Positions 40,362 to 54,167 of a stretch of DNA of 64,000 bases are shown here, piece after piece. The DNA comes from Ginglymostoma cirratum (Eukaryota). The notes beneath the pieces were generated by a model that saw nothing but the letters and a program-made list of their open reading frames with translations, ran no database searches and was not told the origin of the DNA. The translations under genes were made by a program, and so were the position numbers. The stretch spans positions 22,133,784-22,197,783 of the forward strand of contig JAHRHZ010000041.1 in assembly GCA_024137785.1 (NCBI GenBank). Reading direction: 5' to 3'. Numbering within the stretch: the stretch's first letter is position 1; each line of letters begins with the position of its first letter.

Positions 40362-42140
40362 AAAATTTATTCATGGGTTATGGGTGTCATTAGCCAGCAT
40401 TTAGCACCCAATCCTAATTTCCCTGAAAGTGGTGCTGGGGAGCAGCCTTCTTGAACTCCTGCAGTAGTTGGGGTGTATGGACTCCCATAATGCCCTTACG
40501 GAGGGAGATCAAGGATTTTGACTCAGGAACAGTGAAGAAAAAGTGATATATTTCCAAGTCAGGGTGGCATGTGGTTTGGAGGGGAACTTGCAGGTGGTGG
40601 TGTTCCGATGTATTTGCTGCCCTGGTCCTTGTAGTTGGCAGTGGGTGTGTAATTGAAAGACGTGTCATAGGAGTCTTGATGAGTTACTGCAGTGCATTAG
40701 AGAAAATAGTGCATACTGCTGCCATTGTTTGGTATCAAAAGGACTGAATGTTGAAGGTGATGGATGGGGAGCAGATCAAACAGGCTGCTTTATTTTGGAT
40801 GGTGTCAAGCTTCTCGAGTGCTGTTGAAGGTGCACTCATCAAGACAAGTGAGGAGTATTCTATCACACTCCTGACTTATGCTTTTTCAATGATGACCAGG
40901 AATTATAGGGAGACAGGAAGTGAATTACTTGCCACAGAATTCCCAGCCTAGTCCAGTTTGGCATTTGGTTAATAATAATACCCAGAATGTTTACTGGATG
41001 GAGGTGCTGTGTAATTCAGTGATGGAAATGTCATTGAATGTCAAGAGGTGATGGTTACATTCACTGTTTATGGAGATGATGATTTCCTGACACTTGTGCT
41101 GTGTCATTGTTACTTGATACTTATCAGCTCAATCCTGGATGTTGTCCAGGTCTTGTTATATATAAATTCAGACTATTTCAGGAGCTGAGGAGTCATGAAT
41201 GGTGCTGAATTTTTTGCAGTCAAGTGAACATCCCCACTTCTGACCTTATGATGGAGTGAAGATCATTGATGAAGCAGCTGAAGATGCCGGGCCCAGCACA
41301 CTACCCTAAGGAACTCCTACAGAGAAGTCCTGGAGCTGAGATGATTGACCTCCAATAACCACAACCATCTTCCTTTGTGCTAGATATGACTCCAACCAGT
41401 GGAGAGTTAGTGCCCTGTTTGCCCATATCTCCAGTTTTGCTTTCGCTCCTTGATACCACTCTAAGTCAGTTGTTATCTTGATATCATGGGCAGTTGTTCT
41501 CGCTTCTGGAGTTCAGCTTTTTTATCCAGGCTTGAATGAAGGCCATAATAAAATCAGGAGCAGAGTGGCCCTGGCAGAATTGATTGTCAGTGAGCAAATC
41601 ATTTATTTGCAACTGATGGCACTTGATACCACTGTCAACAGCACTTGCCATTATTTTACTGATGTTGGAGAGTGGACTGCACCATTGAATTGGAATCATT
41701 GGATTTGTCCTGCTTTTTGTGTACAGGATGTACCTGGGCAACTTTAATATTGCGGTGCAGATGATAGTATTGTTACTGTAGGAGAACAGCTTCTTAAGGA
41801 TGCTGCCAGCTGTAAAGCACATGTCTTCAGTACTATTGGCAGAATGTTGTCATTTCAGAATCAAAGGCCCTCTGCTGTTTCTCGAGAACATGTGGGGTGA
41901 ACTAAATTGGTTGAAGATTGGCATCTGTGATCCTGGGGACCTCAGGAGAAGGTCAAGATGGGACATCTACTTCGCACTTTTGGCTGAAAATGAATACAGA
42001 TACTTTTGACTTGTCTTTTGCATTAATGTGCTAGGCTGTCCCATCAATGAGGCTGGGGACATTTGTATGCCTACTCTTCCTGTTGTTGTTTAATTGTCCT
42101 GTACCATTCATGACTGGATTTGTAGGGCTGCTGAATTTGG
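40362..42140 (-). mobile_element. CR1-group LINE fragment (family of 49686-52884)
   Basis: LLTDNQFCQGHSAPDFIMAFIQAWIKKLNSR on the minus strand, plus the tail LQEFKKAAPQHHFQGN. Confidence 0.85.
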
Positions 42141-43699
42141 CTCTGATGTGCAGAGCTTAGATTGGCTGATATTCTCAGAAATAATAAACTCTCTTTATGA
42201 TGGAAGTTAGAAATATTCTAGTTAAATTAATCATTCAGTTGATTCAATATATGAAATTGCTCTTAGACTGAGATTTTAGTGTGGTAAATTACAGTCTAAT
42301 TCATGGCAATGAAATATAATGGAAATGAGGGTTCCAGTTCTGGATGTGTGATGTTTTTCTTGGTGCCAGGTATCATGCAGAGATGTTTGGCATTCTTGTT
42401 TATCCTTAAGACTGACTCATCATCTGTTTCCTTATTCTGTTCGCAGGCAGTTTGAAACACACTGCTGTGACACACTACAAAGCTGCGTTTCGAGATTTGT
42501 TAAATATTTATAAAGTATTTGAGCGCAAGCTTCTGTAAGGTCAAACGAAGTGGATTTTTTTTAATGAAGCTCAGCATTGGTTCGAATATGTTTTGAAGTT
42601 GTGGGGCTTTATTTGAGACTTTTTATTTGGTCACTAAACAACTTGACAAAGATTTGAACATCACAACTTAAAAGTGCATTTCCTGATCTGATTACTGTGT
42701 TGCTGTTCTATATTGATAAAACACTGTTGGTGTGTGTGGGGTAAAATCTTTCCTCAATAATTTTAGAGACAAAAGTCCTTTCGATTGTAAAATGGAATTT
42801 CTTGATCTGCAATCCAATTGGTTATTAGCAGGGCCTCCTTCTCCTTGCCACTTCTTTTCCAGTACAATCTTATTGGGAGTGCAGCAATCATCTGTTCCTT
42901 AGGTATGGAAGAATTTTCCTGTGCCTGTCACTATTGATTCAAGCACCCAATATATTATAACAATATAAGTTAGCCTATTTCTAAGGAGCACTTTAAATGC
43001 TTTGTGTTCAATTATTGCTGACCACATTTTGGCAGCAAAGTAATTTGGTTTTCATACGTCTTCCCATCAATGGCTGTTGTCGCACAATTTTCAGGATTCT
43101 TCAGTGTTTGCAAAATAAGGTTTATAAGTGGTTTAGAAAAACATTGGGATTATACATTGGTAAATGGTACTATTAAAATTCACTTCTAACTCAAGGTGAA
43201 AATATTCAGTTGGTATTGAAGGAATACAGTCACGGTTAAAAAGTTATTGGGATATGCTTTTCAACTTAAAAGCAAGAACACACAAAGAGTCGGTCTCAGT
43301 GAAGGACAGAAAGGATATTCTAATCACAAGGGTTACTTTTTAATTATCCCAAGTTCATAATTCATCCTGCTGTCAGCCATGTTAGTTTGAGATATTTTTA
43401 AAGTATAAAGTTCCCCAAATGCAATGTGTCAATGGATTAGAGGTAGGCACAGTCTCAAGTTACGATGCCTCTGAACTTGGAAAATTCATTTTACCTAAAA
43501 AATGCATTTTACTTTCGAGTTATTAATTGACATGCAAGGGGACTCATCATCAACCTGCATTGTGAAAAGGAGACGTTTGAACCAGAAAACCATAAACTTG
43601 TAGAGACTGTTTGAAAGAATCACCATTGCAGATAGGAAGACTGTATAAGGAGTGGAAAAATAGTGTTGTGAAAGAAAGAAATTAGTTCCCTGGCACAAG

Positions 43700-44213
43700 T
43701 TGCTCTGCTGTAGGAAGGATATTTTTAAATCGGAGAATGTTCTGAAAAGATTTACCAGGATGTTGCCCGGAATGGCAGGTTTGATTTATAAGGAGGGGTT
43801 TGTAGACTGGGACCTTTTTGACTGGCGTATAGGAGGTTGAGGGGTGACCTTATTGAGGTTTATAAAATCATGACGTGCATAGATAAGGTGAGTAGAAAGG
43901 ATCTTTTCTCTAGGGTGGAGGAGTTCATGGCTAGTGGGCGTATTTTTAAGGTGAGAGGTGAAAAATTTAAAAAGGACATGAAGGGCAACCTTTTAACACA
44001 GAGTGGTTTGTATGTGGAATGAAATGCCAGAGGAAGTGGTGGATGAATGTAAAGTTGCAACATTTAAAAGACATTTGGATAAGTACATGCACAGGAAAGG
44101 TTTGGAGGGATATGGTCCAAATGCAAGCAAGTGGGACTAGGTTAGTTTGGGAGCATGGTTGGCATGGACGACTTAGAATGAAGGGTCTGTTTCCATGCTG
44201 TATGACTCTATGA
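43700..44213 (+). mobile_element. CR1 LINE 3' fragment
   Basis: LRGDLIEVYKIM..IDKV, FKVRGEKFK and a tail ending gctgtatgactctatga. Confidence 0.9.
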
Positions 44214-44813
44214 ATCCATGACACGATGACACTCAGAACTGGGTGAAGTGGTTGATGTATCAGGGTTGGTCTGTTAATGGGTTTTAGACTGTTCTTTGTC
44301 GGGGGACTATGAAACTGGGAGCTGTGAAGAGAATATCTCCAAAGATGAGGCCAGGGCAAGCCCTACGACGGCTATCAGGAGCCTTTTTCTGAACAATTGA
44401 TCAAGGCTGTTTCAATTGTTGTTTGAATTCTAGTTCTTTTAGAATTAAATTCATTATTCAGCAATTGCTTGTACAGTCATAATGTTCTTGAATCAGTTTT
44501 ATTGCATCATTTAAAAGTGGAGCCAATTCATCATGAATATTAGTTCAGAAAGGAGCAGTAAAGTGACTCATGATGTTAGCTTCAGACTTAAAGTGAAAGC
44601 TATTGACGGGGAAAAGTGCAGCAGGAGACTGTGAGAAGAAAACACTGAATGTGGGAGGTTAGTGTGATGTATGTTGGAATAGGAGGGTAGGGTGATTAAG
44701 CATTACGCTGGATAGCTGGAAGCAAAGCATTTTTTGTATCTTTTCCCAGCTGAATGTGAATTATTTGGAGTCAAACAGGTTAATATGACAGGCAAACCTA
44801 ACACCAAATGAAT

Positions 44814-45037
44814 CATGAGATAGTAGGAACTGCCGACGCTGGAGAATCTGAGATAACAAGGTGTAGAGCTGGATGAACGCTGCAGGCCAAACAACATCAG
44901 AGGAGCAGGAAAACTGACATTTTGGGTCTAGACCCTTCTTCATTTTCTGAAGAAGGGTCCAGACCCAAAACGTCAGCTTTCCTGCTCCTCTGATGCTGCT
45001 TGGCCTGCAGTGTTCATCCAGCTCTACACCTTGATAT
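44814..45037. mobile_element. 224-bp palindromic non-autonomous element with back-to-back hammerhead motifs and 11-bp TSD
   Basis: TSD ACCAAATGAAT at 44803-44813 and 45038-45048. Arms of ~85-90 bp fold around ~44943-44947. Plus strand reads CTGAAGA-A-GGGTC-ca-GACCC-aAAAC-GTC at 44947-44974. Confidence 0.85.
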
Positions 45038-45644
45038 ACCAAATGAATACTCCTCACTTCTGGTTCATATACTCACATCCATAATCATCATAGTATACTT
45101 GTACATAAATATCACTCCATTGACTGGGTCACCAGTGTTGTTGATTTTAAGTCTCAGTCAGACCAAAATGAAAACTGTCTTAAATATGACAAAACAGTGA
45201 TCAGTGTTAATAGTATTGGGAAGAAATGCGATCTACCTTGTTACTGCTTTGGATGAACGGAATCGTGCCAGCGCCACAGAAATCTGTGGAATGACAGTTA
45301 CTGGTGCAAGTTATTTATTGATTAACTTTCACATTTTTTGAGCTTGCCTATGGCCACTCTGCATTAAATGCACCACTATAAAGCACAAAGTTCCAGGGAT
45401 ATCCGGGCCATTATCTGATATGCTAATTACACCATGTATAATCTGTGATTGTATCACTTGACAGCAATTAAATGGCTTATAAATTGATGGTCTATGGTCA
45501 GTATGCTTAAATAGCTTGATGCAGTGAGAATATTATTGCATTTTGGGTAAATTAATTTTGATCAATGAGACAACAGTAGGGTTCCCCAGTGCAGTTTGAA
45601 AATCAAAGCTGTTTCTTGACTTGTGCACGCAGCTAAAAATACTT

Positions 45645-46243
45645 TTACTTATTTATTCCTGGGATGTGAATGATGATGCCTAGGTGAGCATCTAATGCCC
45701 ATCCCTAATTGCCCTTGAGAAGGTGGTGATGAGCAGCTTCCTTCAACCGGTGCAGTGTTTGGGGTCCTGCTAGGAAGGGAGCTCCAGGATGAGCCAAGGA
45801 ACAGAATGATATAGTTCTAAGTCAGCTTAGTATGTACCTTGGAGGCAAAATTGCAGATTGTGGTGTTGCCGTGCATCTTCTGCCAATGTCCTTCTTGGTA
45901 GTAGAAGTCATGGGGTTTGGAAGATGCCGCGGTAGCCTGGATGAATTGTTTCAGTACATCTTGAAGATGGTCCACACTGCTGTCACTTTGCATGGAGGGA
46001 GTGAATATTGACGTGCTGGACTTGGAGCCCATCAAATGGGCATTATCCTGGATGGTGTCAAGCTTTTTGAATGTTGTTGGTGCCACACCATCCATTGCAA
46101 GTTGAGAGTATTCCTTCATATCCCTATCTTGTGCAGTGTAGCTGGTGGACAGGTAATGGGGAGATAGGGAGTGAGTTAGTTGCCAATGGAATTCTTAGCC
46201 TCTGGTATGTTCTGTTGTTGAAGTATTTATATGGCTCATCCAG
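45645..46243 (-). mobile_element. CR1-group LINE 3' fragment (family of 49686-52884)
   Basis: gcccatccctaattgcccttgagaaggtggtg tail; APTTFKKLDTIQD. Confidence 0.8.
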
Positions 46244-49200
46244 TTTATCCACAAGCCATTGCCTACACTACTATTAAAACACACTACCAACAATCTGAAC
46301 CTAAAAAGGAATAATTTACGTGCCGCCTTTATTGCCAGTTCATGAGGCTGTTCTTGCAAATGTAGTCAGATGAAACTGTTTGACAGATCATGTGCTGCCT
46401 GACATTGTGTATCATCACAAACCTATGCTTCCTTTCTTTATAGCCACCTGATAATGCTTCAAGCAAGTAGGCAGATATTCTACAAAGGATCTTTATTTTT
46501 GTCCAATTCTTCTTCTGTTTACCACAAGGAGGGAGTTTGTTTTTCCCTGTGGAACATCCAGGCACTCTCCAATCAATTGTGGTTAGGTGTTATTAAAACC
46601 TCCTTTGCCCTAATTTAGTCTCAGACGAAACCGTCTGTACAGCACCACTATCCACCCTGTCAACTCAGTGCACCGCCTGTAAACCCTGGCTGTTTGCGTT
46701 TACCCACTTGTGTCAGAATGGCTTTGTTCAATTGCCCTGACAATGACATTTGGAATTGGAATTACATCGGTCAGTTTCATTTGACATAGGAGATTTCTAC
46801 TCAGAAACATCAGAAAAGTCTACATGCTAAAGTTGAAATGTTCAAGCCTATACTCAGTTTCTTGGGGAACCACATAAACTAAACAACTTGCACATAGCTA
46901 TGCACAACTTAGTTTATTCAGATGCTTTATTAACAGGATAAATTCCATCTTATAATTCATTGCTGAGTAAGTGCATGGGCTTGAGAAATCCAGAAAATTT
47001 GAAAGGTTTGCATTCATGGAATAGTTTTTTAAATAAGTTCCATGTCTATCAGATCCAGCATAGCATTTTAATTCTCACTGCATGGGGTAGTCTGTTTTGA
47101 GGATGACAGTTTTCAAATGAAATCCTTTAAAATCGGGAGGTGTTGTGCTGCAACTGACAGTGAACAGAAAACTCCCTTCCTTACAAAAGGTACATTGAAG
47201 GAGCTTACAGATCAATAATCAACTTGATTGGCCATGTAAATGCACACCTTTGGTGACTATCAAGTCCTGATAGCCTGCTTCAACTGTGTAAAGAAATAGA
47301 ACTTCTAATGATGCAGCTCAGTCTAACATTTCAGTTCCCAACAGATCTATTCTTTTCACTTTGTTGGGTGATATTGCCTACTTAAGACTAAAACCTGAAT
47401 GACACATGATTTGTCAGATTTACTGCAGTTGGATTCAAAATATCGAAACTAATTTTAATTGGACTTTCACAGGCCAGGCTGTCTGAATTTAAGCCAATTC
47501 TGAGGCAAAAGAACACTCTAATTGCGCTGCACACAAAAGTCATTTTATGAACTACATTATTGTAAGGAACTTTTATAAATCATACCATCCTTCAGGGTTT
47601 TATGCTAATGTACTAGGAATACAGCTGGTGCTTTGGTATAAACTATAGTTTCTTGAGGGTGTAACTGATTAATAACTTAGTAATGTTCTTTAAACACTGA
47701 AGGGTTTCAAAAAAATGTACACCTCGTTAGTGATTGCGTATTTGGGCTACTTGGTCAGAATCAGTTTGCAGAGTTGAGTCCTTTTGAATCCGAGTGGAAA
47801 TTACTCTCAAAAACATTGAAAAAAAATTATACAAGGTGCGTATGTCTGATATAAACCTAAAATATGAGGTAATTTTGGAATTTTAATTTTAATTGGATTT
47901 ATAAATGGTGTTTGGAAGAAAATGGTGATTGTAAGACAGCATTTTGATTTCTTCAACAGATGTATTTCTCTAATTTCACTGCAGTCATTGTTTACAATGT
48001 CGGTATTCATATTTTTGTGGCATAAAGGCTCAGCTAAAATGTTTGAAAGGGGTATGCGTACTTATGCAGCTGAAATAAGCTGCATTCAAAAGAAATTGTA
48101 AGCTTGGGAATTAACTCAATAAATTTTGATTCCAAAATAAATGGGTGTAATGAATTATGAAAAAGCTGCGTTTAATCTCCATAAACCTGCACAGGTTGAA
48201 TAGCAGTCAATCAGATAGTGTGTAAATGTGAACTCCAATACCAAAGCACTTTTTCAAAGTTTCAGAACCAAACTCAGGGTAGTTTGCCGTTTAGGCACCA
48301 GTACTCAGGAATGTTGTCTGTTGCTATGGGTAGCAATGGATCATCGCAGATTTGTGCACCATTTGCTTCTATGTATTGTTGCTGGGCAAGATCACTTACC
48401 ATTGGTAAGAACTAGAGATAGTGGCTGTCAAAATCAGAGAAAGCCATCACTCCAGTTTGCTAATTTACACTACTTACTCTAATTGTTTGATGTAAAGTCA
48501 TATTTTTATAAACTGGTGAGAAAATTAGATGACAGGTAAGGCCCATGGTCTAGGACCTCCACTACCTGTGCTGATCAGGGTGAAGTTGAGGGAAATCAAA
48601 ATCATTAGTGAAGTGATGGCAACTTTCAGTGTCAAATGCATTCAGATTTTAACAAGCATAGGTCATAGAAGGATAAGGAGCTGGTAAGTAGAAGGTAAAT
48701 GTTGATGAAGGGCTTTGAGAAATAAGTTTTCTACAAAGTTGCTGCATTCTGTAGTTGCATGTTGCTTATAGCCTTCACGAATTGCCTAGTCCATTAAGCA
48801 GATCAATAGAAAGCCAAAACAATTGTGTATGAGTCCTTTTGCTGTCTCAATGTTGATAAACTTTTAATTTCGTTTTTGGCTGCCATTAATTCAATAGAAC
48901 GGCTGTTGGCCTGTATTTCACTGTTAGGAGCAAAGTGATGGCCTCACTGCTGACCTCAGGAAAAGCACCTACAAAGGTCTACTGATCCCATTTTCCCTGT
49001 CATTAATTTGAATCTGGTGCTGATTCAATGAGATCTCAAGGCCAAGTAATGGTCATATCATTGAACAGGATAAACAGCCATTTGCATTGATGTATCCCCA
49101 CAGACACCATGCCTGGAAGAAAACTGCACCGATTATCCTTACCTTTTGATTAAGTTTTACATAAATAATTGGGACTTCCACATGGTCTTAAGACAGGAGC

Positions 49201-49685
49201 TGTAATATCATTATATTTTTTATTCAAAAGCTATCATTTTAACAGAGAAATTTGACATTCCACAAACATAAGGCATTAAAACTTGGGACATAGAAGATTT
49301 TCTGCAATAATTATGAATTTAGTAAGTTATTAAAAACCCAAAATGCCTCATTCAACTTCTTGTAACTTTTTACAAAGGCTTTTTAAATCAAGACTAATAG
49401 CGTAAAATCAGTTCATCTCATTAGTTCACTAATTTCTACTTAATTGCAGACTGTAGGCAGTTCAGTAGTGCATCCTGTGGAACAGAATTAGATCTCTGAC
49501 AACAATTTCTGCATGGCTTACATCCAAGTGCACATCTTTTTGTCAGTTGCAAATGACTGCAGATACTGACCGTTGTTGTCCTTACTACCACAATGTCAGA
49601 TTCACTACGAGTGGGTCTGTAACATAAGAACAGGAAAGCGTTATTACTAGTCAACAATCGTCAAGGGCAATTGTCTTACTGTTGT

Positions 49686-52600
49686 TGGCCTAGTGGTATT
49701 ATTGCTAGACTATTAATACAGAAATTCATCGAATAATCTGGGGACTGGGGTTCAAAACCTGCCACAGCAGATGGTGGAATTTGAATTCAAAGAAGTATAT
49801 CTGGAATGAAGAATCCACTGATGACTATGAAAGCATTGCTGATTGTCAGAAAAATGCATCTGGCTTACCGCTGCCCTTCAATGAAAGAAGTTTCCCATCC
49901 TCACCTGGTCTGGCTGACAGACCAACAGCAATGTGGTTGACTCGCAGTTACCCTCTGAAATTGACTAGCAAGCCAATCAGTTCTGTGAATGGCCACAAAG
50001 TCTCAAAAAGGAAATGAAACCAGATGGATCACCTGTCATCAACCTAGGCACTGGAAGAGACAATAGCAAAAACAGCCGTGTTGACCCAGCAAAGTTCTCC
50101 TTAATAACATCTGGGGGCTAGTGTCAAAATTGAGACAGCTGTCTCACAGACAATTCAAGCAACGGCCTGACGTAGTCGCCTCATGAAATCGTACTTGACA
50201 GACAATATTCTAGCCGCTAACATCAACTTCCCTGGAATTGTCCTGTCACACTGGCAAAGGTGGTGGCACAGTGGTATGCAATCATGAGGGATCCCTCAAA
50301 TTTGACTCAGGATACTATGAAGTTTCATGGCTACAGGTTAATCATGGGCAAGGAAACCTCCTGCTGATTACCATGTACCTTGTCTGATGAATTAGTACTC
50401 CTCCATGTTATACAGAACTTGGAGTAGGCACTGAGGGTGGCAAGACTGCAAAATGTGCTCTGGATGGAGGATTTCATTGCCCACTGCCAAGAGCCTGCAG
50501 GAGAGTGGGTCAGTGGCCGGTGGTGAGGAAACCAATAAGAGGAAAAAACATACTTGACCTTATTGTTACCAATCTGCTTCCTGCAGATGCATCTATCCAT
50601 GACAGTAGCAGTAAGAGTGACCACTGCACAATCCTTTTGGATACAAAGTCCTGCTTTCACATTGAGAATACCCTCCATCATGTTGAGTGGCACCATCGAC
50701 ATGCTAAATGGAACCGACTTTGAACAGATCCAGAAACTCAAGACTGCGCCTCCATGAGGCGCTGTGGGTCATCAACAGCAACAAATTTGTACTCCAGTAC
50801 AATCTACAACCTCATGGCTGGGCATATCCCCCAGTCAACCATTGCCATCAGGCCAGGCTAATGGAAAGGGCAGCAGGGCATGCCAGGAGCAGCTCTAAGC
50901 ACACCTAAAAATGATGTTTCAATCTGGTGAAGCTACTAAACAGAACTACTTGCATACCAAATGGCATAAGCAGCAGGGGAAAGACAGAGCTAAGCAATCG
51001 CGCAACCAACGAATCTGAACTAAGCTCTTGCAGTCCTGCCACATCCAGTTGTGAATGGTGGTGGATAATTAAACAACTTGTTGGAGGAGAAGAGTCCACA
51101 GATATCCCTATCCTCACTGATGGAAAAGCTCAACAAATCTATGCAAAAGATAAGGCTGAAGCATTCACAGCCATTTTCAGCCATAAGTGCCATGTAGATG
51201 ATTCATCGTGGTCTTCTCCAGTCATCCCCAGCATCACAGATGCCAGAATTTAGCCAACTCGATTTGCTCCACATGATATCAAGCACTGGATATTGCAAAG
51301 GCTGTGAGCCCTGACAACGTCCTGGCATAATACTGAAGCCTTGTGCTCCAGAACTTGCTGTTGCCTTAGCCAAGCTATTTCAGTACAGTGGCAACACTGG
51401 CACTTACCCGACGGTGTGGAATATTGCCCAAGTATGTCCTGTATAGAGAGAGAAGGAAATTCCAAGCCAGCCAATTGCTGAAAATATCAGAAAATGCTCA
51501 TAAAACTCAGCAAGCCTGGCAGCATCTGGGAAAGAAAGTAGAGTTTAACGTTTCGGATCCAGTGACTCTTCTTCAGAACTGCTTCAGAACAGCCAGTTAC
51601 TGCCCCTTTAATCTACTCTTGGTTATCAGTAAAGTGATGGAAGGGGCAGGTGCCAGCAAGATCACCTGCCACTTGCTCACTGATGCCCAGTTTTGTTTCC
51701 TTCAGGGCCACTCAGCTCCTGACCTCATTACTACCTTGGTTCATTCATGGACAAAGGAGCTGAATTCCAGAGGTGAGTTGAGAGTAACAGCCCTTGATAT
51801 CAAGGCCACAGTCATCCAAGTGTGGCATCAAGGAGCCCTAGTATCAATGGGAATCAGGGTACAAACTCTCCACCGGTTGGAGTCAGAACTGGCACGTAGG
51901 AAGATGGTTGGAGATCTGTCATCTCAGCTCCGTGACATCTCTGCAGGAGTTCCTCAAGGTAGTGTCCTAGGCCTAACCATCTTTTAGTTGTTTTATCATA
52001 AGGTCAGAAGTGGGGATATTCACCAATGATTGTGCATTATTAGTGACTCTTCAGACACTGAAGCAGTCAGTTGAAATGCAAGAAGATCTGGACAATATTG
52101 AGGTTTGGCCAGCAATTGGCAACTGATATTCTCCCCAGCGAAATGCTAGGCAGTGACCATCTCCAATAAGAGACAATCTAACCATCATCCCTTGTTGTTC
52201 AATGGCCTTACCATCACTGAATCACTGTCAACATCCTGGGGTTACCATTGACCAGAAACTCAGCTGGACTCACCGTATAAATACAATTGCTCCAAGAGCA
52301 AGTCAGAGGGTAGGAATGCTGTGGTGAGTAACACACCTCCTGACTCCCCAAAGCAGTCCAATATCTACAAGATACAAGTCAGAATGCATCACAAATTATG
52401 CTGTGATACTCCCCACTTGTCTGAGGGTGCATCTCCAACAACACTCAAGAAGCTTAACACTATCAAGGGCAAAATAACTGCTTGATTGGCACCCTATCCA
52501 CAAGCACCATTCTCTCCACAACTGACATTCAGTAGAAATAGTGTATGTTATCTACAAGATGCACTGCAGAAATTCATCAAAGATCCTTTGACAGCACCTC

Positions 52601-52884
52601 CCAAACCCGCAACCACTAGAAGGACAAGGGCAGCAGATACATGGGAACACCACCACCTGCAAATTCCCCTCCATGTCATTCACCAATCCTGATTTGGAAA
52701 TATTTCGCTGATCCTTCACTGTTGCTGGGTCAATATCTTGGAATTCCCTCCCTAAGGGTATTGTAGGTCAACCTACATCACATGGACTTCAGTGGTTCAA
52801 GAAGGCAACTCACCACCACCTTCTCAAGGGCAACTAAATGCTGGCTAGCCATTGATACCAATATCCCATGATTGACTAAAAAAA
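49686..52884 (+). mobile_element. Near full-length decayed EN-RT LINE (CR1 group) with tRNA-like 5' head and no visible ORF1
   Basis: A-box TGGCCTAGTGG (49686-49696) and B-box GGTTCAAAACC (49749-49759). APE motifs NNIWGL..PDVV..ESYL from ~50100, then P.RGKNILDL, SDH. RT motifs VTALDIKA and GVPQGSVLG. A-rich 3' end. Confidence 0.9.
51481..51589 (-). ncRNA. 109-bp hammerhead-bearing insertion inside the LINE (core boxes intact)
   Basis: Minus strand AGUU-CUGAAGA-A-GAGUC-acug-GAUCC-GAAAC-GUUA-AACU at 51580-51542. Flanked by cagccaattgctg / cagccagttactg (13 bp, 2 mismatches). Confidence 0.7.
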
Positions 52885-54167
52885 TGAATATTTATAGAAC
52901 AGATTGAGGAGGATAAAAGAAGATTTTTATGTTACAAAGTCTGAAAAAAGACAGTAGCACAAAACTGACGGAAACCTGCAGTGTACATTGATCCATTGAA
53001 TAAAGTTTACTAAAATATGATTTCACATTTACACTGCGCATTTCAACGGGTTGTGAATGAGTGTGATGAATACTGAGAAAAATGGCACATAGTAATCTGT
53101 AATTCAGTCTGATTTCCTGTCATTATTTCAAAGTTGTGCTATTTTTATTAAATTACATTGTGAATTCACAGAAAGGAAAGCACCAATAATTAACATCTTG
53201 TAAGCCCTACTCTGCATTTGGAACTAATTGTCCCTATTGCTTTCAGTACCTGAGCAATCATTGCAGCACAGAAATGGCAGGCCGTGTGCTACATGAAACA
53301 GCCTGCTGCTCTTAAAGTACTGAACTGACAGTCTTCCAATATTGCTTTTATCGAATGGAACAGCCTGCCTTACAGATTCTCTGCTACCTCCTGTTATTGA
53401 CTCTGACCTTCAAGGCTTCATATAAGCCACTCAGTTACATTAAGGTCAAGGTTATGCAGGGATGAAGAACATTAACCTTTTTCTGATGAAATGCCTGCTC
53501 CAGCCTGGGTGGCTCTATCGAATTATCCCTGCTTGAGTGCTCTCCAGATGCAGTTATAATTTGTTTATTTGCAAGTTGTGTAAGTCAGTTTTAAAACTTG
53601 CTGCATGTTGAGGTTATTTAGCCTGTTCTGTGGCAATTAGCTGGCTCACAATCTCACAGAAAATGATCTCTTTTCTCCCCAGTGATTTTTCAATCTTGGA
53701 AGACATTATCACCACAGCTAAAAAGGACACTGATCACAGAATGCCTTTGATTCAATTTTTCTTGCAACTAAACAGATGGGTCAGTCATTTCTGCTGTGCA
53801 ATTTTGATTTTTCTTCCTACTTTCTATGCCAACAGTGTCAAATATTTCATTTAATTACCAATTAAAATTGTGTCTCCCAGAACACGACATTGCTTGTGTC
53901 AGTCCTTGTAGTGGTATTGTCCTGTGCTGCTCACATTGCCATAGAAAAACCCGAAATGGTAGAAAGTGTTCAGCAGGGCAAGCAGCAAATCTGTACAACA
54001 TGTACAATGAAGACTAACAGCCCCTGGTTTTGTTTACTTTTATTGCTGCTCTATTGTAATTGTATTGCCAGTTAGGACGTATCAGAGATTTTCAGTTAAT
54101 AATTCCACCTATTCTTAGGACTGAATAAACAAAGCTAATTCAGGCTGTGCATATCTGGTACATTCAA

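Noticed and set aside
49686-49765. tRNA gene
   Set aside because: A and B boxes are present, but there is no cloverleaf or terminator; it is a retroelement head.
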